From Eledone cirrhosa (Eukaryota), in contig OZ024744.1 in the NCBI GenBank assembly GCA_964016885.1, positions 85,374,001 through 85,438,000 on the forward strand: a DNA stretch of 64,000 nucleotides. The letters are read 5' to 3'. Both the position numbers and the translations under genes were made by a program. Positions within the stretch are counted from its first letter, which is position 1; each line of letters begins with the position of its first letter. The notes under the pieces are model-generated. The model saw only the letters and a program-made list of their open reading frames with translations. It searched no databases and was not told where the DNA came from. Positions 16,460 through 34,214 of this stretch are shown one piece after another.

Positions 16460-19400
16460 CTATAGCTCCTTTCTTTGTCGAGCGCTTACATGGAACACCA
16501 TGGAATTGTTCTACAACACTTCCTCCCTAAAGGACATGCCTATACCTTCGAAAGATGTCTACATGGACCTATTACTAAAGCAGACTAATAATTTCATCAG
16601 GAGGATCCGTTGGAGGGCCTACCACTACAACAACAGGAGGACCCCTGGATCAATTGACAACTCCACCAACCACATAAAAAGACTTTTCAAATCAACGAAA
16701 AACCCACCGCACAACCCACTGGTAGAGGGGTTTGAGAGCAGGATCATTACCATGACCGGACAATTATATTCAGGAAACCACCGCGAAACCCTGACAGAAG
16801 TGCATTCCTGTCCGGGCTCGCCTCAACCTTAAAAAAGATCAAGAATAGCACTGGAATTATTGTACCAGCGGATAAAACAGAAAACCTATATAATTTAGAG
16901 TACAAAACCTACAACAAATGCATTACAAACGAACTCTCTAAAATATACAAAACATCAACACGAGAAAACCTAGCACACATAAACAAACAGGCGAAAACAA
17001 TAATGACCGAACTGAGTACTGACGACAGGACCTTTCCTTACAACCCTAGGATACCAAGACTATCCATTAAAGACCATAAACCGGACTTCCAGTCAAAACT
17101 ACCGGTCAGGCTCACAGCCCCTTCCAAATCGAACCTTGGTAGACTTAGCAAATCAATCATTGACCGAATTTTACCTGAACTTAAGATTAGAACAAAACTC
17201 AGCCTATGGTCTTGTACAAAGGAGGTAATAGACTGGTTTTGTGCCATTGAAACTAAGTCAAATGTTCGATTAGTCCAATTGGACATTACGAACTACTACG
17301 CATCTATATCCCCAATCATCCTTAACAAGGCACTGATCTCAGCCATGAACAGATCAAGCCTCACTAGAAGAGAAGTAGACATAATAATAACAGCTAGGAA
17401 AACTTTACTAGAATTCGACGGAAGACTATGGGAACGACAGAATAGACAGGATAGCTTCGACATCACCATGGGATCGACTGACTCTGCACAGATTACAGAT
17501 GTAGTAGGCATATACCTCCTAAACATATTAACAGACGAGATCCCCTCCTTGGGCGGTGGCTTATACAGGGATGATGCCCTACTATTGACCCGTGGACTTA
17601 ATAACAGCCAATTAAATAGAATACACAAACGACTTAGGTACATCTTTAAGACCCAAGGTTTAGCAGTAGAAATTGAACCTAACAATAGGACAGTTAACTT
17701 TTTAGACGTCACCCTAGAATTAGACTCAGGCCTCTACCGTCCATACCACAAACCTAATGAAAATCTTAGATACGTCAATAGACACTCCAACCACCCTAGG
17801 AGCATAATTAACTCTATAGTTAAAAGCGTCTCCAACAGTGTCCACACTGTCGGCTAATGAAAACATCTTCAAGCAGCACGCGGAATACTACGACTCCGCA
17901 CTTATAAACGCTGGTTATACTGAGGTTTCTTACATCGTCCCAAATAGAACCGTAACACAGCTAAACATAGCAGGACCCTTAGAAACGAACTTAGAAGAAA
18001 CCTCCACACATAGGACACACAATAACCTGAGACGCCCTCTAGCCGGCAGCGCAGACAGCACCACACATAACTGTCTAGGAGATAAAGCCATACTCTCCAG
18101 CCCCAATAACAACTCCGACTATCGCACACGTTTGCGTACCAATAGAGACAAGGGACATAACGCCAATAGATTACCTGGAACCCATATGAAACATACGCCT
18201 GACCAAAACACACACAAACTACCACCCAACCACAAAAACCTCACTAAACAACGCATAAACTGAAGTAGACCTGTCACGTGGTATAACCCCCCCCTATTCT
18301 ATACACGTCGCCACTAACATACCGGGAACCTTTTTCACGACCCCAAACAGAACTGGCCGACTTGATCTGGGACCTCAAGGACAGGAATATTGAACCCCAG
18401 ATTTCGTGGTCAGTAAAAAGACGCGTGGCATATATCCCCAGTGACAGAAACCACTGCAGATTATGCCTGGCTAAGGAGGCGGAAACAATTAAATTAAATT
18501 CCGCCATAAACTATAGGTCGGACATAATTGTCAATTGCAGACACACTAGGATGAACACCTTTTCTGCACAAACATTCGCGGGAGGGCCACGCACTAACCA
18601 TGACCCACCATAATAATAACCACATCTGCCCCGTATCACCATCGCCCATCTCAACGAATTTTAATTCTAATCTTTACTTTATCTTATTTTATTGTATTGC
18701 ATTTAACCATATGTAAGCCCGTATGTTGTATATCATGCCGCATACATAACCCACACCAAAAATCACACTAACCATGACACACCATATTAATAACCACCTA
18801 TACCCCATCTCACCATCGCCATCTCAATGAACTTATTGTATTGTACTCCATGTAACCATTTCTAAGCCCGCATTTGTATATCATGCCGCACACATCACCA
18901 TCACCACCACCAAAATTCACATCAACATACACACCTCATAGTTGCAACATCGTATTAAATCGGTCTCCTATGATAGGTTTTACCTTGCAATCCACAATGA
19001 CAAGGGACCTTGTAAATACAATGTCCATCATATCACACCACCACCACACCACACATCGTCATATGTCTACCATACACACTTACAACCTCATCCTCCCATG
19101 TTCCCTCTGTCTACCCTAACCTACAACCCCACGCTAAATTCGACCCTGTAATTGTACTGTCCCACGCACACACAACCACCGCCACCACTAGATACATGCA
19201 AATACTTCAACAATCATTATCATTAACATCATCAACACATATCACCCCTCGCTCCCAGATCGACTGTATTATATACCCCCCGCATTCGTCTGCCTTACCC
19301 TATAACACACCGTAACCTCTGATCGTGTAATCATCTTGTCGAACATATCACCCCAGCACCACCACCATCAGCATGTCCACAACACACATCGCCGTACGTC

Positions 19401-19902
19401 CATAAACGCGTCTCCCCCGCGTTCCCCATGTCACCTTTTAACCGGTATTCGATCCGGTATATATATTTTTGTCCCTCACAACTCCACCACCACCACCATA
19501 AAACACAACTCCATACTTCATCAACAACGACAACACATACCTCCACTCCCCAACCAACAATAGTGTGTGTGTGTCTGTGTGTAAGTATTTTTACACATAC
19601 GGGCGTATAAGTGAGCGTGCGTGTACGCATAGTTATATGTATGTGTGTGTGTATGTGAATACATGTGTATACATATGTGTATGTGTGTGTATATATATAT
19701 CTGTATATATATGTGTATGTGTATGCGTGTGTGTATGAGTGTGTGTGTACATGTATGTGTATGTATGTGTGTATATGTGTACGTCTACATATATGTATAT
19801 GGGTGAATCTGACTGTATGTGTAGGTGAGCTCATGTATGTGCATGTATGTGTATATGTGCGTGTATGTGTGTGTTGTCTGTACATGTGTGTGTATATATA
19901 TG

Positions 19903-19947
<45 letters not shown>

Positions 19948-20995
19948 ATACGTGTGTGTGAGTGTGTATGTGTATATTCTGTATACGTGAGTGTGAGTCC
20001 ATGTGCCCATACCCATATGTGTGTATGGGTATATGTATGTGTTTGTATATATGTAAAACACCTTCTACATTGCCTCTCACCTTTCCCCCATCTCTGTCGA
20101 TCGCCACCCCCACCGATACTCCCCCACTCTCCATATTGTGTCCGCATGCGCGCATGCACATACATGTGTGTACATATACATATGGCTGTGTGTGAGCGTG
20201 TGTTGATATGTGTGGGCAAGGATGTGCGTATGTGTTTTGTGGTGGGTGTGTTTATACAACAATATGTGTGCACATATATACCTATATCTGTGTGCGTATA
20301 CGTATATACAAAGTATCTGTCAGACGAAGAGCGTCTAGCTATGTATCTATGTAAGGACCTTGACGCCACCAATACATCCACCACACCACCACAAACGCCG
20401 CTACCATAGACAGCGGCACCAATACCACACTCCCACACACACGCCAACCCGTCTACTGACAATCCACTAACATCATACCACACCGCATCCTACTAAGCAA
20501 CCATAACCACCACCATATCATCACATCCACCCCACATACTCTACACGCCAAGGCCAACCAACCACCACCACACCACAGCCCATCTCATCCACCCATCATC
20601 ACCAACATCTCACCATCACACCCACCCCCATATACACTACAGGCCAGTACATCGCCTTGATCCTTTCCACCAATCAAAACAACTCATTTTGTCAAACACT
20701 TGAATATCTGACTTTACCACATAGCATGTATTTCATTTTCTTATAGCATTTTAAGAGGGTCCGTCGAGCTGCGGATTATTGAGTCGGGTAGGATCGATAT
20801 AGATCGAACCTTGAGCTGATCAGTGGCGAAACGCGCGTCACCTATCAATAAATGCAATGAAGGAATAATCAATCGTCCTTTTTATCCTTTCTATATATTA
20901 CACTGTATAGCTCTACACCTCATCACAAAAGTGAACCTAAACATCGAATGCTCTCCCGGGTGAACCTGCAGTAACTCCTAGTTACACCCCCTGGA
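16460..20995 (+). mobile_element. Penelope-like element, Naiad-like RT; frameshifted, GIY-YIG core apparently deleted, long low-complexity 3' region
   Basis: FIRRIRWRA, VPADKT, IKDHK, DITNYYASI, FDITMGS, GLYRDD, NFLDVTL, SNHP, WYNPP and C-terminal IWDLK..CRLCL..CRH; 3' end has GAAA-cgcgcg-TC, AATAAA and a tail before (TA)n. The 3' boundary is inferred. Confidence 0.82.
17003..17857 (+). pseudogene. PLE reverse transcriptase core fragment
   Basis: 284-aa ORF with MGS and YRDD motifs; flanked by frameshifts. Confidence 0.85.
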
Positions 20996-21010
20996 TATAT
21001 ATCTATATAT

Positions 21011-21625
21011 ATATATTTATTAAAATAACAGATTAAAGTTTAAGCAAAGAATCGCTGCTTTCACCCTTAACGGGATCTTCTGAAACTATAATTTTATGTG
21101 TTATTGGTGTATACATTCGTATGTGTGTGTGGGTACAGGCGTTGCGTGGGTTCTGTATGTGCGTGCGGGGTTTTTTTTTCTGTGTACGTGCTTGTTTTTG
21201 TATACCTATGGCGAGTGTTTTCGCGTATGCTTGTGTATGTACGTATATGGATGCGTGTATGTATTTATTTAATTTTAATTACCTCTGTATTTTATTTACT
21301 TTATTCTTAACTCTGAAGCCGAGAATCATTCGGTTTCCTAGTTAGAATTTTAGTCTACGACTTCAGTTATACCAGGGAACGTTTTCACGAACCAAAGTAT
21401 CGTCTTCCTGTCTTCCTCCGGTTGCAACGTTTTTTTAAATATTTATTTCTGCGTTCACAGATTGACTTTGTTAGTTTCAGAAGATCCCGTTAAGGGTGAA
21501 AGCAGCGATTCTTTGCTTAAACTTTAATCTGTTATTTTAATAAATATTTGCTCTACGGTTCTTATATATTTTATATATATTTATCCTTATCGAGCCCTCT
21601 TTGGATTTTAGTCTTCAAATTTATT
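21011..21625. mobile_element. Fold-back element with CAGAAGA-variant hammerhead
   Basis: Arms 21011-21088 and 21473-21550; agttt-CAGAAGA-tccc gttaa gggt-GAAA-gca..tgc-TT-aaact. Confidence 0.75.
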
Positions 21626-21630
21626 ATTAT

Positions 21631-21677
<47 letters not shown>

Positions 21678-21680
<3 letters not shown>

Positions 21681-21968
21681 CGAAGGAAGTGTGGTAAGGA
21701 ACCAGATGGACCATAACGCACCAGAGTACTCGATACTTAGGGTAGTTGAGTGGGTAATAGGAAAAGAGTCAGGACCCCGATGGCCGGAGCTCAGCCGTCT
21801 GGCTGCTATCTCTTTTCCTATGTATAGCCGTCCAGAAATAGCCGTCGAAACGGTTTGAGCACTGCCGTCGGGGTCATACATTTTCCTATTACCCACTCTA
21901 CGACCCCAAATATTAGGTACTCTGGTGCGTTATGGTACATCAGGTTCCTTACCACACCTCCTTCGTTT
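21678..21968. mobile_element. Fold-back element, 'GAGCTC' family
   Basis: Diverged inverted arms between (TA)n tracts. Confidence 0.8.
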
Positions 21969-22279
21969 TATATATATGTATATATATATATATACAAAAT
22001 TAAAATTAAGGGTAGTCATGTCTGAGAGACATGCGCCATATCCACTGTAGAATAAGCTCAAAGATTCCAATGAATAGATCCGAGCATTACATATCAACTA
22101 TAAATAGATTGACATATATTTATATAAAATAAACATTTGAAACAATCACAGCTGTGTGTGTGCTTACATTCTTTACAAATTATTCCTTGGGATTGTTTCA
22201 TATGTTTATTATTTATATATATATATATATATATATATGTTAATCTATTTCTAGTTGATATATATATATGTATACTATA

Positions 22280-22339
<60 letters not shown>

Positions 22340-22343
<4 letters not shown>

Positions 22344-22527
22344 AACAAGTAAGACCCCGACAGCTGAGCTCAAGCCGTTTCGACGGCTAATTCTCAGAAT
22401 TAGCCGTCGAAACGGCTTGAGCTCAGCTGTCGGGGTCCTACTGGTTCCTATTACCCACTCTACTACCTCAAGTATTGAGTACTTTGGTGCGTTATGGTCC
22501 ACCTGGTTCCTTACCACATTTCCTTCG

Positions 22528-22530
<3 letters not shown>
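22340..22530 (+). mobile_element. Fold-back element, 'GAGCTC' family
   Basis: Near-perfect hairpin centred at ~22395 plus 3' tail; (TA)n flanks. Confidence 0.82.
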
Positions 22531-22589
<59 letters not shown>

Positions 22590-22590
22590 C

Positions 22591-22882
22591 AATGTATATA
22601 TAGTGTATTTGGTAATACACTGTATGCTTAATTAAAAGTATTTTGAAGACCTTACGCTATTGTTTTAAAGTAGTGACTATGTTACTTCTTTTTTCAAAAA
22701 GAGATGTCAGCTTATCTCCCTTTGTTTGTTGAAAAAAGAAGTAAGTGACATATTCACTACTTTAAAACAATAGCGTAAGGTCTTCAAAATACATTTAATT
22801 AAGCATACAGTGTTTTATCAAATACAATATATATACATTTATATATACATCGCTATTTCAGAGCACCAATTCTAATTTTCAT
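22591..22882. mobile_element. Fold-back element without a recognisable hammerhead
   Basis: Arms ~22591-22700 and ~22730-22840; tail contains cagagcacc. Confidence 0.7.
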
Positions 22883-23021
22883 ATATATATATAAATGGAA
22901 TAGAATGAAACGAAGTTTAATTTCTCACTCTTAGTACGGCACTTACTTAAATGTAAGTATGTATACGTACATACATATATGTATACAGACGTACAGTAGT
23001 ATGTATATATATATACATACA

Positions 23022-23104
<83 letters not shown>

Positions 23105-23230
23105 GTATCGGTTTACCGAACATTTATTATAATGCTCGGTTTGTTTGTTTGTAAACAAACAAACAGCCCGAATTAAGCCGTACAGTGTTTAGGCAACCAC
23201 GTCACCTTTTTGTTCAACACTGACACAGGG

Positions 23231-23273
23231 ACGATGTACTAGTTTCAAGCTTATTAGCTATCGTCAGCATCGT
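23231..23273 (-). ncRNA. Minimal type I hammerhead ribozyme (canonical)
   Basis: Minus strand acgatg-CTGACGA-t agct aata agct t-GAAA-ctag-TA-catcgt; AATAAA downstream (~23125); lies between direct repeats starting 22891 and 23393. Confidence 0.85.
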
Positions 23274-23699
23274 ATACCTTCCTGCCAGATGGTTGAACGT
23301 CTGAAAGTATATACTTTCCTTATGCATATTAACGGCTGAGCAGCCTAATTTGCATATCAAATGAGTTCAGTCGGCCGGGCACACCGAAAACGATAAATGG
23401 AATAGAATGAAACGAAATTTCATTTCTCACTCTTAGTACGGCACTTACTTAAATGTAAGTATGTATCTATACGTACATACATATATGTATACAGACGTAC
23501 AGTAGTATGTATATATATACATACATGCACACATATATATGCACGTATCGGTAAACAGATATATATATATATATGAACAAGTATGTATGTATGTATACGT
23601 ACATACATACATATATACAGACGTACAGTAGTATGCATATATATACATACATGCACACATATATATATGCACGCATCGGTAAACCGATATATATATGTA

Positions 23700-23878
23700 T
23701 GAACAAGTATGGCCCCGACGGCAGAGTTCAAGCCGTTTCGACGGGTAATATTAGCCGTCGAAATGGCTTGAGCTCTGCCGTCGGGGTCATACTTGTTCCT
23801 ATTACCCACTCTACTACCCTAAGTATGGAGTACTTTGGTGCGTTATGGTCCATCTGGTTCCTTTCCACATTTCCTTCG

Positions 23879-23881
<3 letters not shown>
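23700..23881 (+). mobile_element. Fold-back element, 'GAGCTC' family
   Basis: Hairpin centred at ~23749 plus tail. Confidence 0.8.
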
Positions 23882-23929
<48 letters not shown>

Positions 23930-23940
23930 CATATATATAT

Positions 23941-26996
<3,056 letters not shown>

Positions 26997-27409
26997 CATA
27001 TATACATACATACGTTTATTTATATATATATATATGTGTGTGTGTGTGTTAGTATGCATGTCTGTGTGCGTTTGTGAGTGTGTGTGAGTATTCAATCACA
27101 TTATGAGACCGTGTATTTAAAGAAGCTTATTACAGAGTTGATAAAATAAGTACCAGTAATATACTGTAGTCACTACTTCCTCTTCTCAACAGATCAATCT
27201 CTATATGTCCTTATAGGAATAGAATAAATCAATATTTTAGCTCAAATAATTCTAAATCCATCGAACTTACCCCAATATTCTGTACTCTTTGGCCACTGTC
27301 ACAGCGAAGGCTACGGCCTTTCTTACAAACACAAGAACTATCATAACACGGCCATGACAACAACCATTAATGTCTGCCAACATAAACAGTGCTGTCTCCA
27401 GCACAACCA

Positions 27410-28330
27410 CAAAGACGACGACGACGACGATGACGGCGACGATGACCACCACCACCACCTCCTCGACCACCTCGACACGACCACCGCCACCACCTCAACA
27501 ACTCCATCACCACCTAGCAACTAGTATCTCCTCCACCACTATCATCTCCACAACTCCATCACCACCTCACAACTAGCATCGCCGCCACCATTACCACCAC
27601 AACCACCACCACCGACCACCACCTAGCAACTAGTATCGCCACCACCACCATCTCCACAACTCCAACACCACCTCACAACTAGCATCGACGCCGCCACCAC
27701 CACCACCACCACCACCACCATCTCCACAACTCCATCACCACCTCACAACTAGCATCGCCACCACCACCACCACCACCACCACCACGACCACCTTGGCACG
27801 GCAACCGCCACCACCTCACAACTAGCATCGCCGACACCACCACCACCACCACGACCACCTTGGCACGGCAACCGCCACCACCTCAAAACTAGCACCACCA
27901 CCACCTCCACCACCTCTACCGCCACCAACATCAACACAACGACTACCTCGAGCATCGCCACCACCACCTCCACCACCATCACCACCACCACCACTACCAA
28001 CGCAATTCCTACACCACCCACTCCTCCGCCGCCTTCATCTCTACACTGCCACCACAACAACCATCACCTCGACCACTTCCACCACCACCACCACCACAAC
28101 AGGCGCCATCACCAATTCGAACATCTCCCCCACCGCTACCACCACCACCGCTACCACAACAAGCACCACCACCAACACCAATACCTTAGCTGCCAACACC
28201 ACCTTCACCAACACCACCTTCACCTACACCACCTCCACCAATGCCACCACCACAGCCGCTGCCGCCACCTCAACCACCACAATTACCACGACGACCACCA
28301 CCAGGACAACCACTATCAACACCACCACTG
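27410..28330. repeat. (ACC)n-rich low-complexity region with CCACCTCACAACTAGCATCGCC subrepeats
   Basis: Directly visible. Confidence 0.8.
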
Positions 28331-31300
28331 CAACCACTACTACCACCGCAACCACTACCACCACTGCAACCACTACCGGTACCACTACAACCACCGCAAC
28401 CACTACCGGTACCACCACCACCACCGCAACCACTACCGGTACCACTACCACCACCGCAACCACTACCGGTACCACTACAACCACCGCAACCACTACCGGT
28501 ACCACCACCACCACCGCAACCACTACCGGTACCACTACCACCACCGCAACCACTACCGGTACCACTACAACCACCGCAACCACTACCGGTACCACGTCCA
28601 CCACCGCAACCACTACCACCACCGCCACCACTGCAACCACTACCGGTACCACTACCACCACCTCCACCACGACCACCACCGCAACCACTACCGGTACGAC
28701 GACCACCACCGCAACCACCACCACCACCGCAACCACTACCGGTACCACTACCACCACCTCCACCACGACCACCACCGCAACCACTACCGGTACGACGACC
28801 ACCACCGCAACCACCACCACCACCGCAACCACTACCGGTACCACGACCACCACCGCAACCACTACCACCACCGCAACCACTACCACCACCGCAACCACTA
28901 CCGGTACCACTACCACCACTGCAACCACTACCGGTACCACTACCACCACTGCAACCACTACCGGTACCACTACCACCACCGCAACCACGACCACCACCGC
29001 AACCACTACCGGTACCACTACCACCACCGCAACCACGACCACCACCGCAACCACTACCGGTACCACGACCACCACCGCAACCACTACCACCACCGCAACC
29101 ACTACCGGTACGACTACCACCACCGCAACCACGACCACCACCGCAACCACTACCGGTACCACTACCACCACCGCAACTACGACCACCACCGCAACCACTA
29201 CCGGTACCACGACCACCACCGCAACCACTACCACCACCGCAACCACTACCACCACCGCAACCACTACCGGTACCACTACCACCACCGCAACCACTACCGG
29301 TACCACTACCACCACCGCAACCACTACCGGTACCACTACCACCACTGCAACCACTACCGGTACCACTACCACCACTGCAACCACTACCGGTACCACTACC
29401 ACCACCGCAACCACTACCGGTACCACTACCACCACCGCAACCACGACCACCACCCCAACCACTACCGGTACCACGACCACCACTGCAACCACTACCGGTA
29501 CCACTACCACCACTGCAACCACTACCGGTACCACTACCACCACCGCAACCACTACCGGTACCACGACCACCACTGCAACCACTACCGGTACCACTACCAC
29601 CACTGCAACCACTACCGGTACCACTACCACCACCGCAACCACTACCGGTACCACTACCACCACCGCACCCACTACCGGTACCACTACCACCACCGCAACC
29701 ACTACCGGTACCACTACCACCACCGCAACCACTACCACCACCGCAACCACGACCACCACCCCAACCACTACCGGTACCACGACCACCACTGCAACCACTA
29801 CCGGTACCACGACCACCACTGCAACCACTACCGGTACCACGACCACCACTGCAACCACTACCGGTACCACTACCACCACTGCAACCACTACCGGTACCAC
29901 GACCACCACTGCAACCACTACCGGTACCACGACCACCACTGCAACCACTACCGGTACCACTACCACCACTGCAACCACTACCGGTACCACGACCACCACT
30001 GCAACCACTACCGGTACCACTACCACCACCGCAACCACTACCGGTACCACTACCACCACCGCAACCACGACCACCACCCCAACCACTACCGGTACCACGA
30101 CCACCACCCCAACCACTACCGGTACCACGACCACCACCCCAACCACTACCGGTACCACTACCACCACCGCAACCACTACCGGTACCACTACCACCACTGC
30201 AACCACTACCGGTACCACTACCACCACTGCAACCACTACCGGTACCACTACCACCACCGCAACCACGACCACCACCCCAACCACTACCGGTACCACGACC
30301 ACCACCCCAACCACTACCGGTACCACGACCACCACCCCAACCACTACCGGTACCACTACCACCACTGCAACCACTACCGGTACCACTACCACCACCGCAA
30401 CCACTACCGGTACCACTACCACCACCGCAACCACTACCGGTACCACTACCACCACCGCAACCACTACCGCCACCGCAACCACTACCGGTACCACTACCAC
30501 CACCGCAACCACTACCGGTACCACTACCACCACCGCAACCACTACCGGTACCACTACCACCACCGCAACCACTACCGGTACCACTACCACCACCGCAACC
30601 ACTACCGGTACCACTACCACCACTGCAACCACTACCGGTACCACTACAACCACCGCAACCACTACCACCACCGCAACCACTACCACCACCGCAACCACTA
30701 CCGGTACCACTACCACCACTGCAACCACTACCGGTACCACTACAACCACCGCAACCACTACCACCACCGCAACCACTACCAGTACCACTACCACCACCGC
30801 AACCACTACCGGTACCACTACCACCACTGCAACCACTACCGGTACCACTACCACCACCGCAACCACTACCACCACCGCAACCACTACCGCAACCACTACC
30901 GGTACCACTACCACCACTGCAACCACTACCGGTACCACTACAACCACCGCTATCACTACCACCACTGCAACCACTACCGGTACCACTACCACCACCGCAA
31001 CCACTACCGGTACCACTACCACCACTGCAACCACTACCGGTACCACTACAACCACCGCAACCACTACCACCACCGCAACCACCACCGCAACCACTACCGG
31101 TACCACGACCACCACCGCAACCACTACCGGTACCACTACAACCACCGCAACCACTACCGGTACCACTACCACCACCGCAACCACTACCGGTACCACGACC
31201 ACCACCGCAACCACTACCTGTACCACTACCACCACCGCAACCACTACCGGTACCACTACCACCACCACCTCAACCACTACCGGTACCACGACCACCACCG

Positions 31301-34156
31301 CAACCACTACCGGTACCACTACCACCACCGCAACCACTACCGGTACCACTACCACCACCGCAACCACTACCGGTACCACTACCACCACTGCAACCACTAC
31401 CGGTACCACTACCACCACTGCAACCACTACCGGTACCACTACCACCACCGCAACCACTACCGGTACCACGACCACCACTGCAACCACTACCGGTACCACT
31501 ACCACCACCCCAACCACTACCGGTACCACTACCACCACCCCAACCACTACCGGTACCACTACCACCACCGCAACCACTACCGGTACCACGACCACCACTG
31601 CAACCACTACCGGTACCACTACCACCACCGCAACCACTACCGGTACCACGACCACCACCCCAACCACTACCGGTACCACTACCACCACCCCAACCACTAC
31701 CGGTACCACTACCACCACCCCAACCACTACCGGTACCACTACCACCACCGCAACCACTACCGGTACCACGACCACCACTGCAACCACTACCGGTACCACT
31801 ACCACCACCGCAACCACTACCGGTACCACGACCACCACCCCAACCACTACCGGTACCACTACCACCACCGCAACCACTACCGGTACCACGACCACCACCC
31901 CAACCACTACCGGTACCACTACCACCACCGCAACCACTACCGGTACCACTACCACCACCCCAACCACTACCGGTACCACGACCACCACCCCAACCACTAC
32001 AGGTACCACTACCACCACCGCAACCACTACCGGTACCACGACCACCACCGCAACCACTACCGGTACCACTACCACCACCCCAACCACTACCGGTACCACG
32101 ACCACCACCCCAACCACTACCGGTACCACTACCACCACCGCAACCACTACCGGTACCACGACCACCACCCCAACCACTACCGGTACCACTACCACCACCC
32201 CAACCACTACCGGTACCACGACCACCACTGCAACCACTACCGGTACCACTACCAGCACCGCAACCACTACCGGTACCACGACCACCACCGCAACCACTAC
32301 CGGTACCACTACCACCACCCCAACCACTACCGGTACCACGACCACCACCCCAACCACTACAGGTACCACTACCACCACCGCAACCACTACCGGTACCACG
32401 ACCACCACCGCAACCACTACCGGTACCACTACCACCACCCCAACCACTACCGGTACCACGACCACCACCCCAACCACTACCGGTACCACTACCACCACCG
32501 CAACCACTACCGGTACCACGACCACCACCCCAACCGCTACCGGTACCACGACCACCACCGCAACCACTACCGGTACCACTACCACCACCGCAACCACTAC
32601 CGGTACCACGACCACCACCGCAACCACTACCGGTACCTCTACCACCACCGCAACCACTACCGGTACCACGACCACCACTGCAACCACTACCGGTACCACT
32701 ACCACGACCGCAACCACTACCGGTACCACGACCACCACCCCAACCACTACCGGTACCACTACAACCACCGCAACCACTACCGGTACCACGACCACCACTG
32801 CAACCACTACCGGTACCACTACCACCACCGCAACCACTACCGGTACCACGACCACCACCCCAACCACTACCGGTACCACTACCACCACCGCAACCACTAC
32901 CGGTACCACTACAACCACCGCAACCACTACCGGTACCACGACCACCACCCCAACCACTACCGGTACCACGACCACCACCGCAACCACTACCGGTACCACG
33001 ACCACCACCCCAACCACTACCGGTACCACGACCACCACCCCAACCACTACCGGTACCACGACCACCACCCCAACCACTACCGGTACCACTACCACCACCG
33101 CAACCACTACCGGTACCACTACAACCACCGCAACCACTACCGGTACCACGACCACCACTGCAACCACTACCGGTACCACGACCACCACCGCAACCACTAC
33201 CGGTACCACGACCACCACTGCAACCACTACCGGTACCACGACCACCACTGCAACCATTACCGGTACCACTACCACCACCGCAACCACTACCGGTACCACG
33301 ACCACCACCGCAACCACTACCACCACCGCAACCACTACCGGTACCACTACCACCACCCCAACCACTACCGGTACCACGACCACCACTGCAACCATTACCG
33401 GTACCACTACCACCACCGCAACCACTACCGGTACCACGACCACCACCGCAACCACTACCACCACCGCAACCACTACCGGTACCACCACCACCACCGCAAC
33501 CACTACCGGTACCACGACCACCACCCCAACCACTACCGGTACCACCACCACCACCGCAACCACTACCGGTACCACTACCACCACCGCAACCACCACCACT
33601 ACCACCACCGCAACCACCACCACGACCACCACCGCAACCACTACCACCACCGCAACCACTACCGGTACCACGACCACCACCGCAACCACTACCGGTACCA
33701 CGACCACCACCACAACCACTACCACCACCGCAACCACTACCACCACCGCAACCACTACCGGTACCACTACCACCACCGCAACCACTACCGGTACCACGAC
33801 CACCACCGCAACCACTACCGGTCCCACTACCACCACCGCAACCACTACCGGTACCACGACCACCACCGCAACCACTACCGGTCCCACTACCACCACCGCA
33901 ACCACTACCGGTACCACGACCACCACCGCAACCACCACCGGTACCACTACCACCACCGCATCCACTACCACCACCGCAACCACTACCGGTACCACGACCA
34001 CCACGGCAACCACTACCGGTACCACGACCACCACCGCAACCACTACCGGTACCACTACCACCACCGCAACCACCACCGGTACCACTACCACCACCGCAAC
34101 CACTACCACCACCGCAACCACTACCACCACCGCAACAACTACCGGTACCACTACCA
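28330..34156. repeat. ~5.8 kb tandem array of a 30-bp unit ACCACTACCGGTACCAC(T/G)ACCACCAC(C/T)(G/C)CA with 18-bp variants
   Basis: Directly visible; each full unit carries AgeI and KpnI sites; one plus frame reads (TTTGTTTTTA/P)n. Confidence 0.97.
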
Positions 34157-34214
34157 TCACAGCAAACTCTTCAAACGCCACCACCACGCCCAACGCAACC
34201 ATTAACATCATCAA

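Noticed and set aside
18261-18263. Selenocysteine UGA in the Naiad-like ORF
   Set aside because: Not at a Cys-like position, the copy is decayed, and no convincing SECIS was seen.
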